Shown: piece after piece, positions 8,527 to 19,335 of the stretch
Layout: each line of letters begins with the position of its first letter
Position numbering within the stretch: the first letter of the stretch is position 1
Source of the DNA: Oscillospiraceae bacterium
GTDB taxonomy: Bacteria > Bacillota > Clostridia > Oscillospirales > Ruminococcaceae
NCBI GenBank assembly: GCA_004557855.1
Contig: SFFJ01000007.1
Location: 1,933 to 65,932 of the forward strand
Direction of reading: 5' to 3'
DNA length: 64,000 bases
Program-made: the position numbers and the translations under genes
The notes under the pieces: model-generated
Told to the model about the DNA's origin: nothing
Database searches by the model: none
Seen by the model: the letters and a program-made list of their open reading frames with translations, nothing else

Positions 8527-9867
8527 ATGCCCGCCGATTACATGACCACCGAGAGCCGCCTGCCCTTCAGCCTGGAAGCGGAGCAGTCGGTACTGGGTGC
8601 TGCCCTGCTGGATTCCGGCTGCGTGCCGGATCTGGTGCGCTTGGTGCGCCCGGAGTACTTCTACCGTGAGCAGCACCGCCTCATCTTCGAGGTGATCTCG
8701 GCCAAATTCACCCTCGGCGAGCCCATCGATATCGTCACCGTGATGGAAGCCGCCGTGCGGGAGGAGATCTTCTCCACCCCGGAGGAGACCAAAACCTACC
8801 TGGCGCAGCTGGCGCAAATCGTCCCCTCGGTGCACAATCTGGAGGCATACACCAACATCCTGCGGGAAAAATACCACCTGCGCACCCTCATCACCACCTC
8901 GCGGGATATCATCGAGCAGGCCGAAGCCCCCACCGCCGAATCGGACGGCCTCCTGGACTACGCCGAGCAGAAGATCTACGATATCCGCAACGGCCACAAT
9001 AATGATAGCCTTGTGCCCGTTTCCCGGGTGGTGCTGGAAACCTTTGACCATCTGCAGCGCCTTTCCGGCGAAAACCGCGCCGATTACCTCGGCATCTCCA
9101 CCGGTTACAGCGACCTGGACCGCACCATCACCGGTCTCAATAAATCCGACCTCATTCTGGTGGCCGCCCGCCCCGGCATGGGTAAAACGGCCTTCGCCCT
9201 CAATATCGCCGCCAATGTGGCGCTGCGGGGCAAAAAGACCGTCGCCGTATTTTCCTTGGAAATGAGCCGGGAGCAGCTGATGAACCGCCTGTTCGCTGCG
9301 GAGGGCGGCATCGACAGCCGCAAGCTCCTCACCGGCGAGCTTTCCACCGAGGACTGGGGCAAGGTCGCCGATCTTTCTCCCATCTTCGGCGCTTCCTCCC
9401 TCTACATGGATGATACCGCCGGCATCACCGTGGCGGAAATGAAGGCAAAGCTGCGCCGTGTACGGGATCTCGGCCTTGTCGTCATCGACTATCTGCAGCT
9501 GATGAGCAGCAGCCGCCGCAGCGAAAACCGTGTGCAGGAGGTCTCCGAGATCACCCGCAGCCTGAAGATCATGGCGAAGGAGCTGAATGTTCCGGTCATC
9601 ACCCTTTCGCAGCTTTCCCGCGGCCCGGATAGCCGCAGCGACCACCGCCCCATGCTGTCCGACCTGCGTGAGTCCGGCTCCATCGAGCAGGACGCCGATA
9701 TTGTCCTGTTCCTGTATCGGGAGGCCTACTACGAAAAGGAACGGGAGGATCAGTCCGAGACCGAATGCATCGTGGCCAAAAACCGCCACGGCGAAACCGG
9801 CAAGATCGATCTGCGGTGGGATGGCCGCTATACCCGGTTCTTCAGCGTGGATCGCAGCCGCGAATGA
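8527..9867 (+). CDS. dnaB: replicative DNA helicase (DnaB family; DnaC in Firmicutes nomenclature)
   Basis: 446 aa. Walker A ARPGMGKTAFALNIAANVA and DnaB C-terminal motifs. RBS AAAGGAGTG. Confidence 0.9.
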   Translation: MPADYMTTESRLPFSLEAEQSVLGAALLDSGCVPDLVRLVRPEYFYREQHRLIFEVISAKFTLGEPIDIVTVMEAAVREEIFSTPEETKTYLAQLAQIVPSVHNLEAYTNILREKYHLRTLITTSRDIIEQAEAPTAESDGLLDYAEQKIYDIRNGHNNDSLVPVSRVVLETFDHLQRLSGENRADYLGISTGYSDLDRTITGLNKSDLILVAARPGMGKTAFALNIAANVALRGKKTVAVFSLEMSREQLMNRLFAAEGGIDSRKLLTGELSTEDWGKVADLSPIFGASSLYMDDTAGITVAEMKAKLRRVRDLGLVVIDYLQLMSSSRRSENRVQEVSEITRSLKIMAKELNVPVITLSQLSRGPDSRSDHRPMLSDLRESGSIEQDADIVLFLYREAYYEKEREDQSETECIVAKNRHGETGKIDLRWDGRYTRFFSVDRSRE

Positions 9868-11243
9868 GTACCGTACTGGAGCAAAAGGCGCTTTGCGCCC
9901 TGCGGCAATATTCCCTGTTTTCACAGGGCGACAGGATCGCTGTCGGGGTTTCCGGCGGCGCGGATTCTGTCGCTCTTTTGCGCTTTCTGGCGGCTCTGCG
10001 GCCGCAGTTCGGCTGGGATCTGGTCGTCTGCCATATCCACCACGGGCTGCGCGGCGCGGAGGCTGACCGGGATGAATGCTTTGTGCGGGCACTGGCGGAG
10101 CAGCTGGGGCTGCCCTGTGCCGTTTCCCGCATCGATGCCGCCGCCCTTGCGCTGCGGGATCATATCTCGGTGGAGGAGGCCGGCCGGACGGCCCGCTACG
10201 CCTTTTTTGCCCAAACGGCAGGGGAGGGGGGACGCATCGCCACCGCCCACACCCTTGATGACTCCATCGAAACGGTGCTGATGAACCTGGTGCGGGGCAC
10301 CGGACTGCGGGGCCTTTGCGGCATCCCCCGCATCCGCGGCAATATCGTCCGCCCCCTGCTGGACTGCACCCGTGCCGAGGTCGAGGACTACCTGGGCACC
10401 TTGGGGCAACCCTACTGCACCGACAGCACCAATCTCACCGACGACTACACCCGCAACCGCATCCGCCACGATATTTTGCCCCGCCTTTGTGCGCTGAACC
10501 CGAATTTCCCCGGCGCCATGGCCCGTATGCTCCCGCGGCTGGCCGCCCAGCAGGCTCTCACCGACTGCCTCGCCGCCCAATCGGCGCAGCAGCTCCACGC
10601 CGCCTGCGGCGGCCTGTCCCGGCAGGGCCTTTCGGCCCTGCCGGAGCCGGTCTGCGACCGGCTGCTGCTGCGCCTGCTGGAGCAGAACCGCCTGCCCGTT
10701 TCCGCCGCCGCCGTAGAGCGCATGACCGAGACCCTCCGCACCGGCGGCAAGCTGGACCTTGCCGCACGCAGCTGGTTCTTCGTTGCGCAGGGGGATCTCG
10801 CCGCAGTGATCTACGCCCCGCCGGGCGGCATCCCGCCGGTTCCCGTCCCCCTCCCGCAGGAGGAAACCCCCGTCATTCTGCCCTTTTCCCCGCAAAAAAG
10901 CCTGAAACTGACGCTTTGCAACAAAATAGTTGCGAATACGTCCGAAAAATTTAACATTTCCCTCTTAAAAGATGCCATAGATTGTGATAGAATAAAAGGG
11001 TATTCGTTCATGCGCACCCGTCGCCCCGGTGATACCTTCATCATCGGCAAAAAGCAGCTTTCCCTGGGGGAAGCGTGGGCCGCCGCCGGCATTCCGGCGC
11101 TGCTGCGTCCCGCCCTTATGGTGCTGGCCGATGAGCAGGGCGTCCTGTGGGCAGAGGGGATTGGCAGCAGTTCCCGTGCCGCCGTGACCGAAAACACCAA
11201 ACAATACGTGATAATTGAGTGCCAGGAGGAAAAAACACCATGA
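9864..11243 (+). CDS. tilS: tRNA(Ile)-lysidine synthetase
   Basis: PP-loop SGGADS (AVGVSGGADSVALL). ATGA overlap with dnaB. tilS-hpt-ftsH synteny. Confidence 0.85.
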   Translation: MSTVLEQKALCALRQYSLFSQGDRIAVGVSGGADSVALLRFLAALRPQFGWDLVVCHIHHGLRGAEADRDECFVRALAEQLGLPCAVSRIDAAALALRDHISVEEAGRTARYAFFAQTAGEGGRIATAHTLDDSIETVLMNLVRGTGLRGLCGIPRIRGNIVRPLLDCTRAEVEDYLGTLGQPYCTDSTNLTDDYTRNRIRHDILPRLCALNPNFPGAMARMLPRLAAQQALTDCLAAQSAQQLHAACGGLSRQGLSALPEPVCDRLLLRLLEQNRLPVSAAAVERMTETLRTGGKLDLAARSWFFVAQGDLAAVIYAPPGGIPPVPVPLPQEETPVILPFSPQKSLKLTLCNKIVANTSEKFNISLLKDAIDCDRIKGYSFMRTRRPGDTFIIGKKQLSLGEAWAAAGIPALLRPALMVLADEQGVLWAEGIGSSSRAAVTENTKQYVIIECQEEKTP

Positions 11244-11788
11244 GAATGGACAAGGACATCTGTAAGGTAATGTTTAATGAGGTCGAGCTGAACGGCGCCT
11301 GCAAGCGTCTGGGCGAGCAGATCACCAAGGATTACGAGGGCAAGGATCTTCTGATCGTCGGAATCCTTAACGGCGCCATCGTTTTCGTCACCGACCTCAT
11401 GCGGCAGATCGACCGTCAGATCAACATCGATTTCATGTCCGTTTCCAGCTATGGGTGCGGCACCACCTCCAGCGGCAATATCCACGTCGCCAAGGATCTC
11501 AATTCCGATATCGCCGGGCGCAATGTCCTCATCGTGGAGGACATCCTTGATACCGGCAACACCCTGCATCAGCTTACCGCGATGCTCAAGGAGCGCAACC
11601 CCGCCTCCCTCAAGGTGTGCGTGCTGCTGGATAAGCCCGCCCGCCGTGAGCAGGAGATCTACGCCGACTATGTCGGCTACACCATCCCCGATGCCTTTGT
11701 AGTGGGCTACGGCCTGGATTACGCCGAGGAATACCGCAACCTGCCCTACATCGGCGTGCTTTCCCCCAGCGTCTATTCCCACGAATAA
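11240..11788 (+). CDS. hpt: hypoxanthine-guanine phosphoribosyltransferase
   Basis: PRPP-binding motif VLIVEDILDTGNTL. RBS GGAGGA. ATGA overlap with tilS. Confidence 0.85.
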   Translation: MRMDKDICKVMFNEVELNGACKRLGEQITKDYEGKDLLIVGILNGAIVFVTDLMRQIDRQINIDFMSVSSYGCGTTSSGNIHVAKDLNSDIAGRNVLIVEDILDTGNTLHQLTAMLKERNPASLKVCVLLDKPARREQEIYADYVGYTIPDAFVVGYGLDYAEEYRNLPYIGVLSPSVYSHE

Positions 11789-11809
11789 TCAAACTAACGC
11801 AAGACAGGA

Positions 11810-13861
11810 GTGAAGTCATTGTCACCCAAAAAGAGAAACTGGATCGCCCCGCTGGTGCTCATTGCACTGTTCTTCTACATGGCGGTACGGCTGTTCAGCA
11901 TGAACAGCGCCCAGCCCAAGGTGGAATACCGCACCATCGTCGATTATTTCCGCAACCGGCAGGTCACGGAATACGAGCTGGATTTCGGCACCGGCGAGCT
12001 GACCATGAAGCTCAATGATGAAAAGAAGTCCACCGTCACCTATACTGTCCCCAATTTGAGCCTGTTCCTGCAGGATACCCACGAGCTGGTGGAGCAGTAT
12101 AATGCCGAGCATCCCGATGCCCCCATCAAGCAGTACTACGATGCCGCCGAGCCCATCCCGTGGTGGGTGGATATGCTGCCGCTGCTGTTTACCGTGCTGT
12201 TGATGGGCGCGTTCTGGTATTTCCTCATGAAGCGCTCCGGCGGGGGCAGCAACCCCATGGCCTTCGCCAAGCTCAAGCCCAAGCAGCAGGACCCCCATAA
12301 CCGTGTTACCTTTGCGGATGTGGCGGGCGCCGATGAGGAAAAGGAGGAGCTGGAGGAGATCGTGCAGTTCCTCAAGGACCCCGGTAAATTCAATGCGCTG
12401 GGCGCCCGGATTCCCAAGGGTGTTCTGCTCATGGGCCCTCCCGGAACCGGTAAAACACTGCTGGCCAAGGCCGTTGCGGGGGAAGCGGGCGTACCCTTCT
12501 TCTCCATCTCCGGCTCCGACTTCGTCGAAATGTTTGTCGGTGTGGGCGCCTCCCGTGTCCGTGACCTGTTCGAGCAGGCCAAAAAGAGCGCACCCAGCAT
12601 CGTGTTCATCGATGAGATCGATGCCGTAGGTCGTCACCGCGGCTCCGGTCTGGGCGGCGGCCACGATGAGCGTGAGCAGACCCTTAACCAGCTGCTGGTG
12701 GAAATGGACGGCTTTGCTCCCAATCTCGGCGTTATCGTCATGGCGGCCACCAACCGCAAGGATATCCTTGACCCGGCGCTGCTGCGCCCCGGCCGCTTTG
12801 ATCGTCATATCACCGTCAATTATCCCGATGTCAAGGGCCGCGAGGCCATTCTGCGGGTGCATACCCGCAATAAGCCCATCGGTCCAGATGTCGATCTTGC
12901 CGTGATCGCCCGCTTTACCGGCGGCTTTACCGGCGCCGATCTCGAAAACCTCACCAATGAGGCAGCGCTGCTGGCAGCGCGCAAGAACCGCAAGGCCATC
13001 ACCATGGAGGACATTCAGGAAGCGACCCTCAAGGTCGCCGTCGGCCCCGAAAAGCGCAGCCATGTCATCACCGAAAAGGAACGTCGCCTTACCGCCTACC
13101 ACGAGTCCGGCCATGCCATCGTCACCTACTACTGCCCGGACCAGGATAAGGTCCATCAGGTTTCCATCGTTCCCCGCGGCTGGGCGGGTGGCTTCACCCT
13201 TGCCCTCCCGGAAAAGGACGTCAGCTACCAGACCAAGAAGTGGATGGAGGAGGAGATCGCCGTGCTGCTGGGCGGCCGTGTTGCCGAACAGCTGGTGCTG
13301 GAGGATATCTCCACCGGTGCCTCCAATGACATTGAACGTGCCACCAAGATTGCCCGTGCCATGGTCTGCCGCTTTGGCTTCAGCGAAAAGCTCGGCCCCA
13401 TGATCTACGGCTCCGACCAGGAGGAGGTATTCCTCGGCCGCGATCTGGGCCATGGCCGGGATTACTCCGAGGAAGTCGCCGCACAGATCGATGAGGAGGC
13501 GCGCCGCTTTATCGATGAGGGCTACAATTTTGCCGTCAACCTGCTGCAGGAGCACATGGATCAGCTCCATGCACTGGCCGAATTCCTTATGAAGTACGAG
13601 AAGATCGACGGCGACCTGTTCGCCGAGGTCATGAGCGGAGTGACCAGCTTCGGCGAGGCCGCCGAGCGTGCCGAAAAGGAGCTGCAAACCGCCCGCGAAA
13701 AGGCCGAGTACGCCCGGCTGCAGCAGGAGGCCCAAAAGAAGGCCGCCGAGGAGAAAAAGGCCCAGCAGGGCTTCTCGGTGGAGCCGTTGGACATCCGCAC
13801 CCCAGAGGACCTGCCCCCCGCTGACGACAGCAAGGACGACGACGGCCCCGCAGACCTGTAA
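11810..13861 (+). CDS. ftsH: ATP-dependent zinc metalloprotease FtsH
   Basis: Two N-terminal TM helices. AAA+ Walker [24 protein letters not shown] and the zinc-binding HESGHAIV motif. GTG start after RBS ACAGGAG. Confidence 0.9.
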   Translation: MKSLSPKKRNWIAPLVLIALFFYMAVRLFSMNSAQPKVEYRTIVDYFRNRQVTEYELDFGTGELTMKLNDEKKSTVTYTVPNLSLFLQDTHELVEQYNAEHPDAPIKQYYDAAEPIPWWVDMLPLLFTVLLMGAFWYFLMKRSGGGSNPMAFAKLKPKQQDPHNRVTFADVAGADEEKEELEEIVQFLKDPGKFNALGARIPKGVLLMGPPGTGKTLLAKAVAGEAGVPFFSISGSDFVEMFVGVGASRVRDLFEQAKKSAPSIVFIDEIDAVGRHRGSGLGGGHDEREQTLNQLLVEMDGFAPNLGVIVMAATNRKDILDPALLRPGRFDRHITVNYPDVKGREAILRVHTRNKPIGPDVDLAVIARFTGGFTGADLENLTNEAALLAARKNRKAITMEDIQEATLKVAVGPEKRSHVITEKERRLTAYHESGHAIVTYYCPDQDKVHQVSIVPRGWAGGFTLALPEKDVSYQTKKWMEEEIAVLLGGRVAEQLVLEDISTGASNDIERATKIARAMVCRFGFSEKLGPMIYGSDQEEVFLGRDLGHGRDYSEEVAAQIDEEARRFIDEGYNFAVNLLQEHMDQLHALAEFLMKYEKIDGDLFAEVMSGVTSFGEAAERAEKELQTAREKAEYARLQQEAQKKAAEEKKAQQGFSVEPLDIRTPEDLPPADDSKDDDGPADL

Positions 13862-14145
13862 TTTCATCACACCCGCCCCCGACAGAACCCAGTTTTCTGC
13901 CGGGGGCGCTGCTGTTTTACCCCCTGCAAGCCGCAAGCCCACCGCCCGCAGGGCCGGCGGCCTCCGGCCGCCGTCGGCGGGGCTCCGCCCCGCCGGCCCC
14001 GCCCCCTGCGGGGGGCGGGGCGCCCTGCGGGCGGCTCTCCCTCCCCGCAAGCCTGCGGCCCTGCGGCGGCCTCCGGCCGCCCTCTCCCCGCACCCGCCCC
14101 AAAGCGCCCGCCCCGCCCTCCAAAAAGAAAAAATGTTCGCACCGC

Positions 14146-14174
14146 TTGACCGCAACCCAAAATATTGGTACAAT
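14146..14174 (+). promoter_or_regulatory. consensus sigmaA promoter upstream of the topoisomerase B-subunit gene
   Basis: TTGACC at 14146-14151, 17-nt spacer, TACAAT at 14169-14174. Confidence 0.5.
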
Positions 14175-14209
14175 ATACTTGGTAAACTACGAGATATGGG
14201 GGAACTGCC

Positions 14210-16201
14210 ATGGCACCAAAAGCAAAAAAGGAATACGGCAACGAAAGTATTTCCACCCTGAAGGGCGCCGACCGCGTCAGAAAACGCCCCGGCGTCATCT
14301 TCGGCTCGGACGGTCTGGAGGGCTGCGAGCATTCGGTGTTCGAAATCCTCTCCAATGCCATCGATGAAGCCCGGCAGGGCTACGGCAAAAAAATCATCAC
14401 CACCCGCTACGCCGACGGCAGCGTGGAGGTGCAGGATTTCGGCCGCGGCTGCCCGGTGGACTATAACCCCAAGGAGCAGCGCTACAACTGGGAGCTGGTC
14501 TTTTGCGAGCTGTACGCCGGCGGCAAATATGACGGCACCGGCGACGGCAACTACGAATACGCATTGGGCTTAAACGGCCTCGGCTCCTGCGCCACCCAGT
14601 ATTCCTCGGAATATATGGATGTTGAGGTGCTGCGGGACGGCAAACGCTACACCCTCCATTTTGAAAAAGGGGAAAACATCGGCGGGCTGAAGGCCGAGCC
14701 CTACACCGGCCGGCAAACCGGCACCCGCATCCGCTGGAAGCCCGACCTTGAGGTGTTCACCGACATCGCCATCCCGCTGGACTACTACACCGATGTCCTC
14801 CGGCGGCAGGCGGTGGTCAATCCCGGCGTGGAATTCCTGCTGCGGGACCAGCAGGGCAAATCCTTCGCCGAGCAGACCTTCTTCTATGAAAACGGCATCC
14901 GGGATTACTGCGAGGAGCTGGCAGGGGAGAACACCCTCACCCCCGTGCAGTACTGGACGGCCGAACGCACCGGCCGGGACCGTGCCGATAAGGACGATTA
15001 CCGGGTCAAGCTGGGCGTGGCGTTCTGCTTCTCCAACCGGGTCAACCTCACCGAATACTACCACAACTCCAGCTTTTTGGAGCACGGCGGCTCCCCGGAG
15101 CGTGCCGTCAAGGTCGCCATGGTCAACCAAATCGATGCATGGCTCAAAAACAACAATAAGTATCTTAAAAACGAAAGCAAAATCAGCTTCCAGGATGTGC
15201 AGGACTGCCTGGTTCTGGTGTCCTCCAGCTTTTCCACCCAGACCTCCTACGAAAATCAGACCAAAAAATCCATCACCAACCAGTTTGTCTACGAGTGCAT
15301 GACCGACTTCCTCAAGCACCAGCTGGAGGTCTATTTCATCGAAAATCCCGACGACGCCGCCAAAATCGGGGAGCAGGTGCTCATCAATAAGCGCAGTCGG
15401 GAAAATGCCGAAAAGACCCGCCTCAATCTCAAGAAAAAGCTGGCGGGCAGCATCGACCTTGCCAACCGCGTGGAAAAATTTGTGGACTGCCGCAGCCGGG
15501 ATACCTCCCGCCGGGAAATCTACATCGTGGAGGGTGACTCGGCACTGGGCAGCTGCAAAATGGGGCGTGACAGTGAATATCAGGCCATTATGCCGGTGCG
15601 GGGCAAAATCCTCAACTGCCTCAAGGCTGACTATGTCCGCATCTTCAAAAGCGACATCATCACCGACGTTTTGAAGGTGCTGGGCTGCGGCGTGGAGGTC
15701 TCCGCCAAGACCAATAAGGAGCTCAATTCCTTCTCGTTGGAAAACCTGCGCTGGAACAAAATCATTATCTGCACCGATGCTGATGTGGATGGCTTCCAGA
15801 TCCGCACCCTGATCCTGACCATGCTGTACCGCCTGACCCCCACCCTCATCAATGAGGGCTATGTCTATATCGCGGAGTCCCCCCTTTACGAGATCACCGC
15901 CAAGAGCGATACCTATTTTGCGTATAGCGATGCCGAAAAGGTGAAGATCTGCCGTGACCTAGACGCCGCCAAGACCAAATACACCCTGCAGCGCAGCAAG
16001 GGCCTGGGTGAAAACGAAGCCGAAATGATGTGGCTGACCACCATGAACCCCGAAACCCGGCGGCTCATCCGTGTCACCCCCGATGACGTTACAGAGACCG
16101 CAAAAATGTTTGACCTGCTGTTGGGCGATAATTTGCAGGGCCGCAAGGACTACATCGCCGAAAACGGCAGCATGTACCTGGAGCTGGCGGATATATCGTG
16201 A
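14210..16201 (+). CDS. type IIA DNA topoisomerase subunit B (GyrB/ParE family; divergent)
   Basis: 663 aa. GHKL ATPase motif EILSNAIDEA. Toprim EGDSA and DADVDG. C-terminal KGLGE. Paired with the A-subunit gene downstream. Confidence 0.8.
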   Translation: MAPKAKKEYGNESISTLKGADRVRKRPGVIFGSDGLEGCEHSVFEILSNAIDEARQGYGKKIITTRYADGSVEVQDFGRGCPVDYNPKEQRYNWELVFCELYAGGKYDGTGDGNYEYALGLNGLGSCATQYSSEYMDVEVLRDGKRYTLHFEKGENIGGLKAEPYTGRQTGTRIRWKPDLEVFTDIAIPLDYYTDVLRRQAVVNPGVEFLLRDQQGKSFAEQTFFYENGIRDYCEELAGENTLTPVQYWTAERTGRDRADKDDYRVKLGVAFCFSNRVNLTEYYHNSSFLEHGGSPERAVKVAMVNQIDAWLKNNNKYLKNESKISFQDVQDCLVLVSSSFSTQTSYENQTKKSITNQFVYECMTDFLKHQLEVYFIENPDDAAKIGEQVLINKRSRENAEKTRLNLKKKLAGSIDLANRVEKFVDCRSRDTSRREIYIVEGDSALGSCKMGRDSEYQAIMPVRGKILNCLKADYVRIFKSDIITDVLKVLGCGVEVSAKTNKELNSFSLENLRWNKIIICTDADVDGFQIRTLILTMLYRLTPTLINEGYVYIAESPLYEITAKSDTYFAYSDAEKVKICRDLDAAKTKYTLQRSKGLGENEAEMMWLTTMNPETRRLIRVTPDDVTETAKMFDLLLGDNLQGRKDYIAENGSMYLELADIS

Positions 16202-16532
16202 TCCGCCGCCCCCTGCAGGATCTGGGATGGGCACCCGCAGGGCAGCCCACCTCTGGTGGGCTCGGCGGCCTCCGGCCGCCGGTTTCGGCTTCGCCGAAAC
16301 GCCCTGCGGGCGCCCCTTTTTCCGCAGGCCCGCCCTCTGCACCCCCACCACCCCCGCCCCCTGCATGATATGGGGCGGCGGCGCGCAAATCGGCGTCGGC
16401 TGCGTCAAGGTCCCTTGCCAGGCATCAGTCCGATTTCATCGGACAAGAGCCTGCCGGCGGCCCCTTTCCTTGCCCCCATCCGATTTTCCCACCACCGCCC
16501 CCGCAAGCCGCACATAATACAGTCCGTATAAA

Positions 16533-18797
16533 TTGACCGAAAAGGGAGGAAGCACCTTGCCACCCAAAAAGAAAAAAGAACCGCAAATTGATCGCCGTGC
16601 CGTAAAGGGCGGCCATATCGAAGGCGCCGGGCAGGTCGTTGAACAGCCCATAACCGCTACCCTGCGGGAAAACTATATGCCCTACGCCATGAGCGTCATC
16701 GTCTCCCGCGCCATCCCGGAGATCGATGGCTTTAAGCCCGCCCACCGCAAGCTGCTATACACAATGTATAAAGAGGGACTCCTATCCGGCAGCCGGGTCA
16801 AATCCGCCAATATCGTGGGCCGCACCATGCGGCTGAACCCCCACGGCGACGCCGCCATCTACGAAACAATGGTGCGTCTGGCGCGTGGCAACGAGTCGCT
16901 TTTGGTGCCCTACGTGGATAGCAAGGGTAACTTCGGCAAGGCCTATTCCCGTGATATGGCCTACGCCGCCCCCCGCTATACCGAGGCCAAGCTGGAAAAA
17001 ATCTGCACCCAGCTCTTCGCCGATATCGATAAGGATACCGTCGACTTCGTGGATAACTACGATAACTCCATGAAGGAGCCGACCCTGCTGCCCGTCACCT
17101 TCCCCACGGTGCTGGTGAATAACAATACCGGCATCGCCGTCGGTATGGCCAGCAATATCTGCTCCTTCAATCTCGCCGAGGTCTGCGAAACGGCGGCCGC
17201 CCTCATCCGGGACCCCGCCCACAATATCGCCGATACCCTCATCGCCCCCGATTTCCCCGGCGGCGGCATCCTGCTGTATGATAAGGCCGAGCTGGATAAG
17301 GTCTACTCCACCGGCCGGGGCAGCATCCGCGTCCGCAGCCGCTACAATTACGATAAAACCAACCATTGCATCGAGATCACCCAGATCCCGCCCACCGCCA
17401 CGGTGGAAGCCATTATGGATAAGATCGTCGATCTTATTAAACTCGGAAAGATCCGCGAAATCAGCGATATGCGGGATGAAACCGACCTCGGCGGCCTCAA
17501 GCTCACCATCGACTGCAAGCGCGGCACCGACCCCGATAAGCTGATGCAGAAGCTCTACCGCCTCACCCCGCTGGAGGACAGCTTCAGCTGCAATTTCAAT
17601 GTCCTCATTGCCGGGTCGCCCCGCGTCCTCGGCATCCGGGAACTGCTGGAGGAATGGACGGCGTTCCGCCGGGAATGTGTCCGCCGTGGCATCTACTATG
17701 ACCTCCAGCGCAAAAAGGACAAGCTGCACCTGCTGCAGGGCCTTAAAAAGATCCTGCTGGATATCGATAAGGCCGTTCGTATCGTCCGGGAGACCGAGGA
17801 GGAAGCCGAGGTCGTCCCCAATTTGATGATCGGGTTCGGCATCGATGAGATACAGGCCGAATTTGTCGCCGAGATCAAGCTGCGCCACCTCAACCGGGAA
17901 TACATCATCAAACGCACCGAGGAGATCCAAACCCTGATCTCGGAGATCGCCGAGATGGAGGACATCCTCAACAGCCCCCGCCGAGTGGATACCATCATCG
18001 TCAACCAGCTGCGGCAGATCGCCAAGGAATACGGCGCCCCCCGCAAGACCGAGGTACTGTACGAGGTGGAGCAGCCCGAGGAGGAACCGGAGGAGGAAGT
18101 GCCGGATTATCCCGTCCACGTATTCTTCACCCGTGAGGGCTACTTCAAAAAGATCACCCCCCAGTCCCTGCGAATGAGTGGGGAACAGAAGCTCAAGGAG
18201 GGCGACGCCATTATCCGGGAGCTGGAAACCACCAATGCCGCCGAATTGATGTTCTTCACCAACCTGGGGCAGGTGTATAAATCCCGCGTAGCGGAATTCG
18301 ACGATACCAAGGCCAGCGTCATGGGCGATTTTGTCGCCAGCAAGCTGGGGATGGATAACGGTGAGCTGCCGGTCTATATGGCGCTGTTCACCCGGTACGA
18401 GGGCTATATGCTGTTCGTCTTTGAAAACGGCAAGGCCGCCAAGGTGGATATGGCCAGCTACGAAACCAAGACCCGCCGCAAAAAGCTCACCGGGGCGTTC
18501 AGTACCAAATCCCCGCTGGTATATGCCGCCTACCTGCCGCAGGATACCGAGCTGCTGCTGCGCTCCTCGACCTCCCGTATGCTCATCTTCAATACCGCCA
18601 TGATCCTTTCCAAGGCCGCCCGGGATACGCAGGGCGTGCAGGTCATGACCCTTTCCAAGAAGGGCGCCCGTGTGGTGGAAGTGGTTCCCTATGTGCCGGG
18701 CATGGTCCCCAATGACCACCGTCTGCGCACCAAAAACCTGCCGGCCACCGGCGGCATCGTCCGTGACCTGGAGGTCGGCGAACAACTTCAGCTATAA
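16533..18797 (+). CDS. type IIA DNA topoisomerase subunit A (GyrA/ParC family)
   Basis: 754 aa. YAMSVIVSRAIPEIDGFKPAHRKLLYTMY and the active-site Tyr region AAPRYTE. No obvious GyrA box and a short C-terminal domain, suggesting ParC-like character. The start is uncertain: TTG at 16533 or TTG at 16557 after AGGGAGGA. Confidence 0.75.
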   Translation: MTEKGGSTLPPKKKKEPQIDRRAVKGGHIEGAGQVVEQPITATLRENYMPYAMSVIVSRAIPEIDGFKPAHRKLLYTMYKEGLLSGSRVKSANIVGRTMRLNPHGDAAIYETMVRLARGNESLLVPYVDSKGNFGKAYSRDMAYAAPRYTEAKLEKICTQLFADIDKDTVDFVDNYDNSMKEPTLLPVTFPTVLVNNNTGIAVGMASNICSFNLAEVCETAAALIRDPAHNIADTLIAPDFPGGGILLYDKAELDKVYSTGRGSIRVRSRYNYDKTNHCIEITQIPPTATVEAIMDKIVDLIKLGKIREISDMRDETDLGGLKLTIDCKRGTDPDKLMQKLYRLTPLEDSFSCNFNVLIAGSPRVLGIRELLEEWTAFRRECVRRGIYYDLQRKKDKLHLLQGLKKILLDIDKAVRIVRETEEEAEVVPNLMIGFGIDEIQAEFVAEIKLRHLNREYIIKRTEEIQTLISEIAEMEDILNSPRRVDTIIVNQLRQIAKEYGAPRKTEVLYEVEQPEEEPEEEVPDYPVHVFFTREGYFKKITPQSLRMSGEQKLKEGDAIIRELETTNAAELMFFTNLGQVYKSRVAEFDDTKASVMGDFVASKLGMDNGELPVYMALFTRYEGYMLFVFENGKAAKVDMASYETKTRRKKLTGAFSTKSPLVYAAYLPQDTELLLRSSTSRMLIFNTAMILSKAARDTQGVQVMTLSKKGARVVEVVPYVPGMVPNDHRLRTKNLPATGGIVRDLEVGEQLQL

Positions 18798-19335
18798 CCA
18801 TTCTCCTTTCTGCCGAGGCCGGGTGGGCCCCGCAGTCCGGCGCCTGCGGCGCCGGCGGCCGGGCTTCGCCCGGCCTCGGCCCGCCCTGCGGGCGGGCCCC
18901 TGCGGGGCCCCGACCCGCACCCCCGCACCCGCCCCGCCCTCGCCCAAGCATTCCCCCGCACCATCCGGTCCCACCATAAAGCCCCCGCACCCACGCCCCG
19001 CAGGGGGCCCGCTGCGCGGGCTCCGGCGGGCTGCGCCCGCCCGCCGCCTGCGGCGGCGCCCCTGCGGGGCTCCCCACAAAACCGCCCCCTGCACATTCTC
19101 CGCCCCCTGCATAAACCCCGCCCCGGCCGCCCATACTACCGCCGAGAGTTTCCCGGAGGGCGTTTGCACAGGCCGGGCAGTTCTCACGCCCGGTCGGGAT
19201 GAAACGCCATGCGCTTTTTCTCTTCCGGGTCTTTTTTTGCCCAAAAAGGGCTTGCATCTTCGGTCGGTTTGTGGTATCATTTTGTAGTCGAATGATGCCC
19301 TGTACCGGACAGGGCGCAATTATGGAGGTAAAAAG

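Noticed and set aside
10316-10954. Pro/Ala/Arg-rich ORFs overlapping GC-repeat regions (e.g. 10316..10954, 20629..21069, 45242..45868, 45337..46479, 45501..47648, 46841..47653, 47260..48570).
   Set aside because: They are translations of the GC-rich hairpin repeat DNA or of frames overlapping real genes. There is no domain content, and the same repeat sequence is read in several frames and on both strands.
11822-14332. 836-aa ORF antisense to ftsH, and similar very long antisense ORFs: 16782..18785 opposite topo A, 29839..32796 opposite nrdD, 60817..62811 opposite the pspA operon, 36323..38125 and 38327..40153 opposite the etf/bcd/hbd genes, 5823..7079 opposite gdpP, 8293..10092 opposite dnaB, 9921..10895 opposite tilS, and 3662..5080 opposite the sigma/anti-sigma genes.
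   Set aside because: High-GC genomes generate long stop-free antisense frames. The sense-strand genes have clear conserved motifs and RBSs, and the antisense translations are low-complexity (G/A/R/P/H-rich) with no recognisable domains.
16202-16532. Possible structured RNA between the topoisomerase B and A genes (perfect hairpin gtccgat-ttc-atcggac plus GC repeats).
   Set aside because: The hairpin is short and embedded in the ubiquitous GC-hairpin repeat vocabulary. There is no independent promoter or terminator evidence.
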